This document shows positions 47,838 through 64,000 of a stretch of DNA of 64,000 nucleotides, piece after piece. This DNA comes from the human T2T-CHM13v2.0 reference genome, Homo sapiens: assembly GCF_009914755.1 (NCBI RefSeq), contig NC_060932.1. One strand, written 5' to 3'. Below the pieces are notes generated by a model. It had not been told where the DNA came from, made no database searches, and saw only the letters and a program-made list of their open reading frames with translations. Position numbers and translations under genes: made by a program. The stretch's first letter is position 1. The number at the start of each line of letters is the position of its first letter.

Positions 47838-48710
47838 GGTATTTTAAAATGACCTAATGTTTTAGTTGCCAACATGATTTTTGTATTTGTAAAGAGGTAT
47901 GTTGGGTTTTGGCATTTATATTTTACCGTATGAAAGACATATTCATGTAAAAGGTAATGTGAAGCTTAGCATCTCTTGTCAACCTGTCCCCTGTTTCCAA
48001 GTAGTCTCCTTGGATATTTGTAGCATCTGGATTCCTAATAATCCAGATAATTAGGATTATGGCATTTATGTACAGACATGGGTAATTCTCCAAAGCAGAT
48101 CTTCCCACACTAATTTTTCAAGTACTTGTCACCTAAATCATTAATAAAATGTGCCAATTCCAAATAATAGCAAATGTAGGAATTGAATCAGCATCCCAGA
48201 GTACTAGTCCTGGGCCATATCCTCATTAGGCAAAGGAAATTTGAAGAAGTTATTTTAGGACTTTACCTAAGGTGAAGTCTAGAATTTTACATATGTAGGT
48301 ATGTTTTTGTTAGTCTTATATTTGCCTAAAAGTTATATGTTTTATTATTTCATAGGCGTAAATATGTTTTTATTAAAATCTTAGATTAGACTGAAGGCAG
48401 TGTTTTGGAGCCAGGAATCATTCTAAACTTTTATCCTGTATTTGCCTTTTAAAGGTAGCTGACTCTGACACCCCAGTCTGTGGTGGTCTTTCATTGCTCC
48501 GGGTGACTTGTACCACACTCAAATGTGAGCTCCCGTTTCATTCTGTGGACTCTTCCTCTTTGGTCATACATGCATTCCACAGATATACATTGAGTGCCCA
48601 CTTGTGAGAAAATGGGTAGGCCCTTTGATGAATAAGGAGACCATAGGGTATATAGTGTTCTCAATTATTACTATACTGCAAGTCAAGTCAGTTGGGATGG
48701 GAAAAGATGA

Positions 48711-48947
<237 letters not shown>

Positions 48948-49875
48948 TAGTAGCTACAGGGTTTCTCCATGTTGGTCAGGCTGGTCTCAAACTCCCGACC
49001 TCAGGTGATCCAACCACCTCAGCCTCCCAAAGTGCTGGGATTACAGGCATGAGCCACCACACCCAGACTTGTATCAGCAGTTTTTAAAAGCAGGAGTGTT
49101 TGGGAGGGGTAACAGGTTACAGGATGAAGACAAATATAAAATAGTGCAGATTAAGAATGCATACAGGCAGCACTTTACATTGTCCCCCTTCAACATAATA
49201 AGAGGGGAAATAATACTTTCACCTTAAAAATGCACTACAGCCTTTTGGGAAAAAGATGTTAACTATTAATTTTGGCATGTGCTTGACATTTTTGTATTAA
49301 CTGGCATAGACATTAAAGTTGGTCAGTTAACGTCTTTTTCTAGGATAGGAATATATTTTTTTAAGTGCTGCTTGTTTCCATCAGCTATATTGGATAAGTC
49401 TGTAGAACTAGAAAAGCTCTTTTCTCAGAAGACTTGGTATATACTCAGGGAAACTGACACAGTAGAGTCTACCTACCATTTTAGGGTGTAGATGATGGAG
49501 AGGGTTTAAAGACGTAGAGGAGTTTTCCTATCCAATAAAGCAGTTCACTAAAATTGCAGGTACTTAGGTTAATGTTCATTTCACTTTTTATGGGGTGGTA
49601 GAGAAAAAAATCACCTTACAGGATGAAATCATAAGCTTCTGTAAGTATTCTCAAGGAAAGTGATAGCCTAAGTATCTGTATTTAATTTTAATGTGTTTTT
49701 TTAATTTAAAAAAGCACAGCATATTTACATCCTCCAAAATTAATATATCAAATGTTTAATAAGTTTAAAATTCCAATTTTCTCATTGGTTGGAATATATT
49801 ATTCTGGATATATTTCTTATTGCCTATTGTATATGCGGGTGTATTTTGCTTTTTAGTCAGGATTATTTGATGTAT

Positions 49876-50065
49876 GTAGGAATCACCAAACTTTCTGTAA
49901 GGGGCCAGACACTTTGGTTTGGTGAGCCATAAGGTCTCCATCACAACTATTCAACTGCTGTTGTGGCATAAAAGCATCCATGGACAATATGGAAGTGAAT
50001 TGTAAGGCTGTGTTGTTGTGTTTATTTACAAAATTAGGCAGCAAGCCACAGTTTGCTGATCCCTG
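49876..50065. mobile_element. MER58A-like MITE
   Basis: 'aaactttctgtaaggggccaga...gccataaggtctccatcacaactattcaactg...gtttgctgatccctg'. Confidence 0.75.
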
Positions 50066-53000
50066 ATCTATAGGTTCCCCTTCCCCCGCACCTTGTCCCT
50101 GTAATACATACATTGAAGAATGATGTGCCTTCCTAACATCAACGTATTATTCCTTTCCAGAGTTACAAATCTTGAGTAGCAAAGAGACTTAACTTTAATG
50201 GCATCGTTTTAGCTGCAAAGGATAAAAACCTTACCATCTCAGCTTTCTTAAACAGCAAGACCTTAATAGGAGTTTAGTTACACCATATCTCAGTACCCAA
50301 GGTGTCCCCCCAACCCCCACCACCAAACACCCTGGTTCCTAGATGAAAGAAATAATATATCTGATTCAGAAATAACATTCAGAACTTCATGAGAGGAGAC
50401 TTTCACTTGCTAATAAAAATAATTTGCTAATTTAGACCCTTTTGTTGCCACATTTATGTTAAAAGAGCCTTTTATTTTCAATCATGCTTCAACCTTGAGC
50501 ACTGTAACATAGACTTTCTGTAGCCTTTCAAATGTTGAGTATCTGATTAACATCTACATTCATAACAAGGTGTCACTAAATTAGACTTGTCAGTCATCTT
50601 GGGCATAGCTTGAGAATGCTAAGTCTGTGAATCAAAACAGCTGACCTGAAAAATACTTTCCATCAAGCCCTCAGTAAAGTTCCCAAGACTAAAGACTATC
50701 AAACTGAATAATAAACCTTTATGTCATGACACACTGATTCCCCATTGGAACCCCTAATTGAGGACTTTCTTGTAGACTTTGTGTTGCCCAGTCTGGTGGA
50801 ATAGTAGGCTCTCAGTAAGTACATGCCAAATATACAAATTCAGTGCTGAGCACAACTCTGGAGTCAGAAAATTTCTATTTAAAACACAAGTTGACCTAAC
50901 TTGTTCCAAGAGTTTTCCCATAATATTAAGGCTAATATTAATCAGAAGTTAGTTTGGTTCTAAGGGATGTAGAAAAATTTCTATTGTTTTTCCTGTTTAA
51001 TGAGATCCTATCCCATCAGGAGTGTCAGATATAATCAGGGAAGATATATAAGGGAACTCTAAGGAAAACATAACCACTTAAGATTATGAGGGCATTCCAT
51101 GCACTGTCCAACCCATAGCAATCTAGATTCTGTCTTCGATATTTTAGTGGAACTACCCTTCAAAAGGCCACTAGTGACTAATTGTCAAATACACACCCCA
51201 CTCTGCAGCATTTAGCATTATTAATGACTAGTTTCCTTCAGATAACACTCCTCTTATTTGATCCTGAAAGCATCGATATTCCCCTATTTCTTTGCTGGGC
51301 ACTCTTTTTTTTTTTTTTTTTTTTTTTGAGATAGGGTCTCACTCTGTCACCAAGGCTGGAATGCAGTGATCTCAGCTCACTTGCAGCCTTCACCTCTTAG
51401 GCTCAAGTGATCCTCCTGGCTGCGTGCTCTTTCCCATTGTTCTTTCCATTGGTGTTACTCCATTCCATTGATCACAGTGGCTTAAACTCTGGTAATTTTT
51501 ATCCCTGATCTCTTTGGAGTTTGCAAACATGGAATGATACCATGCACTATTGCTTGGTGCATAAAGGATATTCAATCACAATCCTAATTTGGGTCACAGT
51601 TCTTTAGTTTCTGTTGGATGTCCTCAAGGTCTTTAGATTTACATTTTACTGTACGGAGTCTCACCATGGGCTGATGTTGCATAGTAAAATCACTTTCAGA
51701 AAAATTACAACCTCAGCTTTTCTGAAGACATTTAATGCATGCCAGCCATGTTAACACTGTTTGATGAGGTGGTGTCTAGCTGATTTCATCATGTCTCATC
51801 AACATGTATGTGTCTCTGTTAACTAAGATCAATAGAATCTTAGAGCTGAAGGAATGTTAGAAACAAATACTCTGTACTTTATCCAGCCTCTGCTTGAACT
51901 CATGCCATAAATGTGTACCTCCCACTTACTACCTCATATAACAGGTCATATTATCTTGAGGTCCTATCAGTTCTTCCCTACATTTGAGGCAGGTGGAAAT
52001 CTGCCTCTCTACAACTTCCACTGGATAATCATTTCATCCCCTGAAGCCACTCAGATTAAGTTTGAGACTACACATAATGGTTTATGTAACAGTGGAGATT
52101 GGAAGGGAGAGAGGAGTGCTTGGGATCTTAAAATTTTTCTATGCCTAAAAAACAATACTCTAGGTTTTCTTTCTTTCTTTTGAGAGAGGATCTTGCTTTG
52201 TTGCCCAGGCTGAAGTGCAGTGGCACAATTGTATTTCACTGTAGCCTTGAACTCTTAAGCTCAAGTGATCCTTCTGCCTCAGCCTTCTGAGTAGCTGGGA
52301 CTACAGGCATGCTCCACCACTCCCAGCTAATTTTTTTTTATTTTTTGTAGCAACAAGGTCACACTATGTTGTCCAGGCTGGTCTCCAACTCCTGACCTCA
52401 TGCAATCCTCCTGCCTCGGCCTCCCCAAGTGCTAGGATTACTGGTGTAAGCCACCACACCCAGCCTCTGTTTTCATTTCTGTAAGAATAATGTGAGAAAT
52501 CCACGCTGTTTACCCTTTTTCAGTTGAATGTTTTACTTTTCAAGACTAAGAATTGAATATTTGATATCAAAAATTGATGCCCAAAAATACATTTTAAAGA
52601 GAGGCATCAAGAATTATTTTTTATAAACTAGGATGTTAATTTGCTGGCACTGGTATAACACTTATCTTGGAGAAGCAAGTTTAATCTTAAGTTTGCAGTT
52701 TGATATCAAAATTTAAATGTTGCTTAATCCCAGGCATTCAAGAATTTCATAATTAATTGACTTAAGGCAGTGTAATTTTAACATTCATAAATTTATGCAA
52801 TTCCTTTAGAAAATGTATTACAGGGATGATGAGAGGTTTTTTCTTTAATTGCATTTTAGATTATAGTCTAAAAGAAATGAGGAATATTTCAGTATTTATT
52901 ATTAAATTCTTGTAAAACTTCAAGTCCCTCAAGCCCAAGTCATTCGCCTCTTTAGCAGCAGGATAGATTCAAAATTATAGCTACTTTGTTATTTTTATGC

Positions 53001-56000
53001 TGTCCTTATTTTGAAAAACATTAAGAGTATATGTCTAGTGCATTTGTGTCACTAAGATGGAAGAATTTGAATATTCTCACTAGCTAATTTACATCCTAAA
53101 AGTTATCAATGCTCATTAGCAATTTTTGAACTTAAAAATATGAGTTAGGAAATTCCCTAATAATAAACACCCAAATGCATTTTCTAAGGCTTATTGTGTG
53201 CCGTTTGAAAGCTACCACCATAGATGTCATTGTTCTCTTGGCATAAAATCTACGAATATGAGAGAGCTGAGAATCCTAAGACCATCCTTCCTGTCTAGGT
53301 GATTCATTTTATTGCCATTTGCAGCAATTGATTGATATGCGTGACAAAGGGAAGTTTTTACTCTTCAAGCATCTATCACTCAGTAGCATCATGCCAATTT
53401 GCTGTAAGTTTTATGTTTAATGTAAGTCATTTCCTTATAGTATCAGTGTAACTCTAGACTTCTAAATGTTGGGAAACTAAGTGCAAATGATACAGACATG
53501 CAGTATTTTTTGCAAGCAGGAAATTGATAAATATGCATTAGCTGTAGTGGTAAATATGCATTTACCACTGTAGAAGTTTGTTTTCTGCATTTATGATGTA
53601 AATAACTTGAAAAATCAGATTTGAGAATGTTTCCAGTATATTATACTGTAATTAATGTCCTTTCTAGTGGCATATTTTAAAAAATAGTACCTCCTTTATC
53701 ACCATAATTCATTGTTGGAGATGACTAATGGAGTAATTGCAAAGGCAGAATGTAGCATTTATATATGCTAAAGAAAGAGACTCAGTTTTTATTTTTTAAC
53801 CACATGCACTCACAGAAAACCTAATTGTACCATTAAAGAAAAATCGCAAGCAATTGAAGCTAAAGATTGATGTACTATGTAATTGAGTCCCATCATAATA
53901 ATTTAAGTATGTTTAAAGCATTTTTATTTTGGAATTAATAATTAGAACATGGCATATATTTAAGGCCTTTATATTTCAATTTCAGAGATGAAAGCTTTTA
54001 AAGACTTCTGAGAAGCGTAGTCATAGCTCATGAACAGGACTCTGTCATGGACATTGGAGAGGGAATGTAGGAGATTCTTACGAGGCACAATAGATGGAAA
54101 ATATTCCTCAAGCAAAAATTGTCATGATTTGTTGATGTCATTTAGAAAGGTTTCAGAATAAACTACAGCTTCATATGAACTGGCTTTACTTCTTTGAGCA
54201 GGAAAAGTTGGTGAATAATTGGATAATTTTTTTCTTTAATATATCCAGAACATTTGGTATATTCCATCACTATTGGTATCATTTAGATCATGTATATTTA
54301 TTTAGCTCTATTAGAAAACTTTTGTTTTTTCTTTAGTAGAGAGTGATCTAAATAATCTCGTTTAATTATTTATAATGTGAATTTTAAAAGCGATTGAACT
54401 TTTTATTTTCCCTTTTTGCGTTTGTGCTTGATGAGTGTTCCATGCATTCTTTGCTTTCATCTCTGAGTTCCTACTTAGTCCTTTGCTTACTTTCTTCTGA
54501 TCTTTGGCTAACTCTTGGGAGTTATTTTTCTAGCTAAATTCTTTTAACTACATCTAGCCATGTTTTAGATATAAAGACAAAGCTGAAGACTCACTGTATC
54601 TTCAAGATAACCTAAAATAAATTGGAATCCTATTTTATTTGCTAAAAATAATCTCGATGTTTAAATTTTATTCTAATGTTAACCATGTAAATTTACTACT
54701 GGATTTTGAATACTTTACTTCCATGAATAGTTTCTTCATAGTATATTTTCCTCTGCCTTAAATTTGGCCATTTTGCCCTGACTATGACCTGTCTTGTTTA
54801 AGCCTAACTGGCTAACAAATGCAGAGCGAACCTCAAAAGGAGAGCATTGTTTTCACTTTTAAATAACCTTCTTCAGGGATTTTCAAACTGTGCTCTAGGG
54901 TCCTAGGGGCTCTTTGAAGATGCCTCTCTAGCCTGTCCGGGAAGGACACAGCAGAGTAGGTGGGGCCCTGGGCCTTCAGCTAAACCTCAACTACAGCAGC
55001 TTCACTTTTATCTTATTTGTTAGGCTTTCAGGGTTTCGTGCTTAAAAAAAATTTTTTTAACCATTAATTTAAAAACACTCATGAATGATAATAATAATAG
55101 TAGCTTTTCTTTATAGAGCACATATCTTGTCCCAGACCCCGCTTTAAATATTAAAAATATTTAAATATTTTTTTAAAAATCCCTCTAAAATGTGCTTTCA
55201 TCATCCCTGTTTTACAAATTAAGAAACTGAGACTTAAGGAAATAAGCAATTTACCCACAGCGTCATAGCTACTAAGTGACAGATTCTGAATTCAAATTTG
55301 GGTGCGTCAATTAATGTATTAGTTTAAGCCAGGAATGACAAATACAGGGTAAGTGTACCCTCACCCCATATTCCCACACCTGAGGCAGACAGGACTAATG
55401 GATGAAAACAGTCTTTTTTGCTAATCACCAACACAGCCTTAGAATCTTTCTCAGCAAGGTGCTATGGGCCGTCAGTCCAAATCTATTGGTTGTGGCATTA
55501 AATGAGGCCTATTTACTTCCCCTACTTTAAGGTGAGATATTTGTGGCCCCACACTTCAGAATAGGAAGTCTCTTCAGCCCTAAAAGTGTTTGCCAGTTGA
55601 TTGTTTTGATATTACTAGAAAAACACCAAATTATCTTTGATCCTAGATGTACTTTATCATAATGAAGTTTTCTGTGAACTAAAATCCCTAACTGTATCAT
55701 CTTCATTCTGACCACCTTCTAATACAGAAGTTTTGTTTCTGTATTTATATATTTGTAATCTGTATAATTTATACATTGATAATTATAAACACCATACAGT
55801 CCTCATAATCAGGATCAGTACGGGTTTTTAAAAAACAAAAAAACATTCACTTTGAGTAGCCTAGTGGAATAAAGACCTAAAGTAATTTATATTCTGAGAC
55901 CTAATATTTTAGCTGTGGAGTGGAGGTGGTGAGGGAGAGGATGGAGAACTCATGCTTGGGGTAAGTCAGCCAGTTTCCATATAGCTGAGAATTTAGTGGT

Positions 56001-56615
56001 TTGAATAACCTTCACTGTTTCCACTACCAGCATGCCCTGCCCAAGAATGTCATAGCCACAGGGCTGGGTGAATGCCCAAACATTTTAAAAAAGGAGTATA
56101 CACAACCAACCCCCAGCTGATTTTTTCAACTGCTCTTGCCAGGAGGGAACCAGTAGTTCCTGGGCTGTACCCATTCTTACCAGGGAGAGCTGGGTGCAAT
56201 TAAAGTTTTTCCTGTTAGGTGCAAGACTTTTTGAATGACTCATCATAGTTCCTGCTTAAGACGTGTCAAAGAGGCCCAAGGCTATATTTAGGAACTTACT
56301 ATGAAATTGCCTGTCAGTTCCAACCAATTTTTCCAATATAGTATATATGAAGAGTTAGTAGCAAGTAACTTTAAATACATGAAAAGGTTTTTGTTGTCAT
56401 TTTTTGTTGTTGCTGTAAACTGGTATTGAAGATTTTCTTAAACGGATGGACATTCCTTTCATTGTGAAATGATTTAACACCCATTCAGCATACACATGAC
56501 TATACTGGAATGACCCTCATATGACCATTGTCATGGAACCCATTAAATTCTTGTTTAAAAAAAGTTTGAATATGTCTTAAAATGTCTTCTATATGAATAA
56601 AAAGGATCTTCCTAA

Positions 56616-56993
<378 letters not shown>

Positions 56994-57437
56994 TAAGGAG
57001 AATGAATTATAGTGATTGGGTCCAGTGACACTTGGATAGTGCTACTAAGTATGAAATTATTTTAAGAGAGTTTAAAGAACGACCTCCTGCTGATGAGAGT
57101 GTTGGAAAGTTGGTTGCTGTGTAAGGTCAGCTACACATGCCTCCTGGTTTTTGCTTTTGTTGAATAAGAGAAAAGAGAGTAGCCAATTGTAAGTGGTCGT
57201 ATTCCTAGTTGATCAGGGCTTGCTAAAAAAAAGACAGTCGAAGCCGTTGATTCCATTACCGTACATATAAGAGTTTTAACCAGGATTAGTAGCCCACATG
57301 AAGTAGAAATAGAAAGGCCAACCAAAGAACTAGTGATTCTAAGGTAAAATTTCCAGAAATGTGGAAAAGAACACTTGAGATTGGAGATGGTACCAGTTTT
57401 ATATAAATGGTGATTGATAGCTGTTAAGGTTTGATGA

Positions 57438-57720
<283 letters not shown>

Positions 57721-59499
57721 TGATCTGCCCGCCTCAGCCTCCCAAAGTGCTGGGATTACAGGCATGAGCCACTGCACCCGGCCTGTTCCCCTGATATTTC
57801 TAAGTCACTGTTTATTAAAGCATGTAAGCCTAAGCATAAAAGTTAATTTTTTTTTTAAGAGACAGGGTCTTGCTCTGTCACCTAGACTATAGTGCAGTGG
57901 CGCCATCACAGCTCACTGCAGCCTCAAACTCCTGAGCTCAAGCGATCCTCCAGCCTTAGCCTGTGAGTAGCTGGAACTATAGGCACACACCATCATGTCC
58001 AGCTAAGTTTTTTTAGTTTTTTAGGGGTTTCTTTGTGTGTGTGCTTTTTTGTTTCGTTTTGCTTTGAGACAGGGTCTCCCTCTGTCCCTCAGGCTGGAGT
58101 GCATTGGCATGATTGCAGCTCACTGCAGCCTCAACCTCCCAGGCTCAATCAATCCTCCCACCACAGCCTTGTGAGTAGCTAGGACTACAGATGTGCACTA
58201 CCACACCTGACTAATTTTTGGATTTTTAGTAGAGACAGGTTTTCGCCACGTGGCCCCAGCTGGTCTTGGACTCCTGGGCTCAACCTATCCACCGGCCTTG
58301 GCCTCCTAAAGTGCTGGGATTACAGATGTGAGCCACCGTGCCTGGCCAAAGTTATTATTATTTTTTTAAAGTAAACATGTACTGCAGTTACCTGATGCTA
58401 CCACATATTAACTGCATGAAAAATATTCCATAGAAGTAGAAAGTCCTTTTGACTGTGAACTTACAAACATGTGAATGGAAACTATTATGAGCTATAAATT
58501 GAATATAATTATTTTTTTCTTAATGACTTTGCAGAAGGGATCTGATACAAGCTTAATATGAATACTAAAAACTGCCACTTTTAGCAACTGAAGCTAAAAT
58601 ATTGTAAGATCAGAATACTCCCATCTTGTGGACTGATAGAAGGCTATTTATTACAATTTTGGGGAAAAAAATTTCTTTTTTTAATGTCTTGAGTCAATTC
58701 GAAAAAGTGTGGTTTTTTTAAAAAAAATTTTAATAGAAATAAAAGTCATAAAGTTTTTCCTTAAAAACTTACTGTTATTAAAACTTCTGGCCCATAATTG
58801 ATTTGTTGGATAATAGTCATTAGTATAGTGCTATTATAGCATTTGCCATCAACATGCCATTTATATGGCCAATACACATAAAAATTATCCAATGAAACTA
58901 TTTCTCAAATATAAATTAAAACTAGAAAATGGATAATTTTTTAAAACTATACTACTATCAATTTGCAACTGTAAGACTAGATAAGATTTGACATTATTGG
59001 GAGAGCCTCTCTGGAAAGCAATTTGGTAATACATTTCAAGAGTCATTAAAAACCAGTCATAACCAGGTATGGTAATGCACACCTGTAGTGCCAGCTACTG
59101 GGTAGGTTGAGGCAAGAGAATCACTTGAGCCTCAGAGTTCAAATCCAGCCTGGGCAATATAGTGAGACCTTGTCTCAAAAAAAAAAAAGTTTAAAAACTT
59201 GATGACTTAAAAATGTACTCCTAGAAAACTATCCCAAAGCAGAGATGACTTTCATAAAAGGATGTTTTTCAAAAGGTAATTTATAAGCCACAAAAAAACC
59301 CCTTGTTTCCAATATGTATATTGGAAGAAATATGGGAAGAAATAAGTTATGATAGATCCTCATATTATAATTAGGTGCCCATTGATGATAATATTTTCAA
59401 AGAAAGATAATATATTATCTTGTTTGAATATTAAGGAAAAACTAGTCAAACACCATAGTATGCTTTCAATTTTGTATAAAAGATAAAAGAAACCCATCA

Positions 59500-59847
<348 letters not shown>

Positions 59848-59965
59848 TCATCCATAATCGCACCACTTAGAGATAGTAATTGTTAACATTTTATTGTGTA
59901 TTCTCCCAAATAATTTTTATGCATGTGTAGCTCTATGCAGGACTGGTTTTCAAGCACGCTAATAA

Positions 59966-60403
<438 letters not shown>

Positions 60404-60521
60404 TAATCAATCTATTTTTATACTTTTAAAAATGTGACCATTAGCCAGGCGTGGTGGCTCACACCTGTAATCCCAGCACTTTGGGAGGCCAAGGTGGGCG
60501 GATCACGAGATCAGGAGTTCA

Positions 60522-60721
<200 letters not shown>

Positions 60722-60942
60722 TCAAAAAAAAAAAAAAAAAGTGACCACATACTATGTTATCTGTCCTATAATCTGCCCTTTTTATATTTAACAATGTAGT
60801 AACATCTTTTGATGTTAATAAATACAAGTCTACTCCATTTTTAATAACTGCATTGAATTTGTGTGCTTAGGAAAGCCATCTTCATTTTAAAATTACTAAA
60901 ATAGTTGAATATATTACTTTCCAGTTAAGGTTATCTCTAACT

Positions 60943-61268
60943 CAGTGGTCGTCAGCAAACTTATTCTGTAAAGGGCCAGACAGTACATATTTTTGGCTTT
61001 GTGGGCCATACAGTCTCCATCACAACTAATCAATTCTGCCATTGTAGTGGGAAGCAGCCGTAGACAGCCAATACCTAAACAATCCTTAAACTTAACTTCT
61101 GCACACTGAAATTTGAATTTCATACAATTTTACATGTTATGAAGTATCTTTTAATTTTTTTTCCATTTAAAAGTATAAAATCATTTTCCCCTTTCTTTCC
61201 TCACCAGTCATACCAAAACAGGTGGCAGACTGCACTTGGCTCTCAGGCTGGAGTTTGCTGACCCCTCT
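60943..61268. mobile_element. MER58B-like MITE
   Basis: 'gtcagcaaacttattctgtaaagggccaga...cactgaaatttgaatttcata...gtttgctgacccct'. Confidence 0.75.
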
Positions 61269-61646
61269 AGCAGAATGCCTTCCTTCAAAGCTTTCATCTC
61301 CTGCTATGAAGTCTCTCAGTGTCACACCTAAGTTTCCTTCAGTTAGATGCTAACCTTCTTGGAATATATTCTTTTGATGGTACAGAGATGCCCTGGGTTG
61401 TAAAGCAAAAAATCACACCTCTGACTTAGCTTGTGTTTTTGTCACACGTTTCTGATCCAAAACATAAAATGATAAAATTCAGAGGTTGGAAGAACAACTT
61501 CATTTCTATTTTAGAAAACACAATCATTTGAACATGTTTACTGAAAGCACTGATATGTTTTATAAATTCAGTTTTTCCTTTCTTTTCTTGTAAAACTTTC
61601 TCATTGCTTTTACACCTTTACTAAGAAAAAATTGCCTTGATATTGA

Positions 61647-61937
<291 letters not shown>

Positions 61938-62300
61938 TGAACTCCTGACCTCAGGTGATCTGCCTGCCTCAGCCTCCCAAAGTGCTGGGATTACAGGCGT
62001 GAGCCACCGCGCCTGGCCTATATACTCCTTTTTTAAAAAAATAATTTGTACTGCTTAAGTACTGCAGATTTTTTTCTTAATTGACTGCCACCAAGGGTTA
62101 TTGAATATCAAGTATTCTTCTAAGGGCTCAAGGTGCTGCATTATCTCATGTAGTTATCCTTGTGTCCCGTGTCAGCTTTGTGTGGTAGGTACTTATATTT
62201 ATTTTAGTTTATAAAAAAAATGACTCAGAAAGGTACATAACCTGCCTAAGATCACTCAGCTAGCAAGTGCAGGATGGAATTTTTATTTTTATTTTTTTGA

Positions 62301-62408
<108 letters not shown>

Positions 62409-64000
62409 TAGCTAGGATTACTGGTGCCCACCACCACACCTGGCTAATTTTTGTATATTTAGTAGAAACGGGTTTTCACCATGTTGGCCAGGCTGGTCTC
62501 GAATTCCTGACCTCAAGTGATCTGCCCACCTCGGCCTCCCAAAGTGCTAGGATTAACAGGCATAAGCCACCCCCCGCGCTTGGCCTAGGATGGAAATTCA
62601 AACCTAGATTTGTGAATCTTCAAAGATCACCAATGCTCTTGAGCAGTACTAGCCTGCATCTCTGTGATTTGCCATTCTGAGGAAGTGCAATTTCTGGTAT
62701 TCAATAAGAACCTTGTGAAATGTTATTTTGATGTAATTGCAAAGGCTTGTCTCGACAATATCCATTTCCCATCCAAAAACCAATTACAAATTGGTTGGCC
62801 AGCATGATTAAAGGCTCAGAATGAATTAAGCCCCAAAACCTAATTATGTTCAAAAAACCCTGCAGTAGACAGAGGCATGTCTTTTTATCTACCTACTTTC
62901 TGCTGTATAGGTTATTTTTTTGCATAGTCAGATCATGTTTGTTTTCTTCATAATTTCTGCTTTTGGTGTCTTTTATAGAAAGGACTTCCCCAATCCAAAA
63001 TTATTAAAGTGATCATCTGTTTTCCTTTCAGTATTTCCCTTGAAGTAAACCAATCTCCCAGCTGTTTGTAAGATTGTTTGGCAATTTATTTAGAAGAAAT
63101 CTATGTCAGAGGATCCAAATTTAATATGCTTTTGCTTTGATTTCAGTACCAAAAAGTTAGATAATTTTGCTATGACATTATCTTCTCCCTTACAAGTTTT
63201 GATATCTGAATTTATAATGTTCAAACTTAAGCCCACTTTTCAACAGATTCAGTTACCTTTGAAACTGTGTATCATGTTTATTAATTGAAGAGAAGCCCAT
63301 GAGCTGTAGAAGAAAGCTCCTATTACTAGGGATTAGTTAGGTATTACTATCTAAATAACTAGCTCACCATCATAAATGATTTCTTAAATGGTGTCTTATT
63401 AATTCCCCATGAGAGAGATAATTTAATTCAGAAATTGCCTGTTGCATAGCCTATCTGCGCACTTGTGACCCACAAATGGATGATCTATATGTTGCTTTGT
63501 GGAACAACTGGATAAAATTTCAATCTTCTAAAAGACTCACTAAATAAATTTTTTATCTGGTCATATAATTGAGATTTATAGTCCACCAAATGAGCTCTAT
63601 TGGTTTACAGCTGGGAATTGGCCATAAAAACTTCATAATATCTTTTAAAAAAATATTTTCTATCTGATTCCACAGAGATATTTTGGTCTGCAGCCTTTAT
63701 TTTCTGCTCCTTTCTTTTCTGCTTTTCTACTGAGTAGCTTGTGAATTTACTTTCACTTACATTTCTTGCTATGAGTTTTCTGATTAGAAATGTAAAGCCA
63801 TAAGATTTTAAATTTAAGTGGTTAGAAAAAGCAGTGTACAAAATTGACAGAGGTTATAAATGTTGTGAACAAGAAGAGAAGTATATATTCACAGAAAGAA
63901 ACCTGGACAGATCATAATGTTTGCAGTGATTATTCCTGAGTGGTGGGAGCATGGATGATTTTCAGTTTCTTTGTATTTTGGTTATTTTCAAATGTTCAGC

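Larger units (their letters stand above)
41111..47860 (+). other. ZBTB10: Long AT-rich 3' UTR of ZBTB10
   Basis: Follows the stop codon; no recognisable Alu; several AATAAA hexamers (42338, 42561, 43069, 47832). The 3' end is inferred from the distal signal. Confidence 0.7.

Overview
Primate (human or near-human) genomic DNA, Alu-rich, containing one complete protein-coding gene on the + strand that I recognise as ZBTB10 (BTB/POZ plus C2H2 zinc-finger transcription factor). Six coding exons (8374-9345, 21050-21938, 35460-35558, 39985-40161, 40364-40536, 40805-41110) splice in frame to 2616 nt = 871 aa + stop. Intron 4 requires a non-canonical GC-AG donor. A CpG island covers about 6900-9350, and a candidate alternative first exon (ATG 7344, donor 7440) would give a 579-aa form. 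The 3' UTR is long (about 6.7 kb to the AATAAA at 47832) and contains no recognisable Alu. The most notable observations are: (1) a TTF-type CCHH zinc-finger motif of the kind found in hAT transposases at the end of exon 1; (2) an old internal duplication in the N-terminus ([11 protein letters not shown] twice); (3) a 36-bp x4 coding repeat in exon 4 whose unit boundaries are potential in-frame splice sites; (4) an open in-frame GTG N-terminal extension running through a (GCG)7 tract next to the ATG; (5) two Y1 RNA retrocopies, nested perfect palindromes in intron 2, and several unusual Alu insertion architectures. Most short ORFs in the supplied track are Alu or GC-skew artefacts. Repeat boundaries are approximate and family names are from recalled consensus sequences, not database searches. 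I found no evidence for a wholly new multi-gene system.
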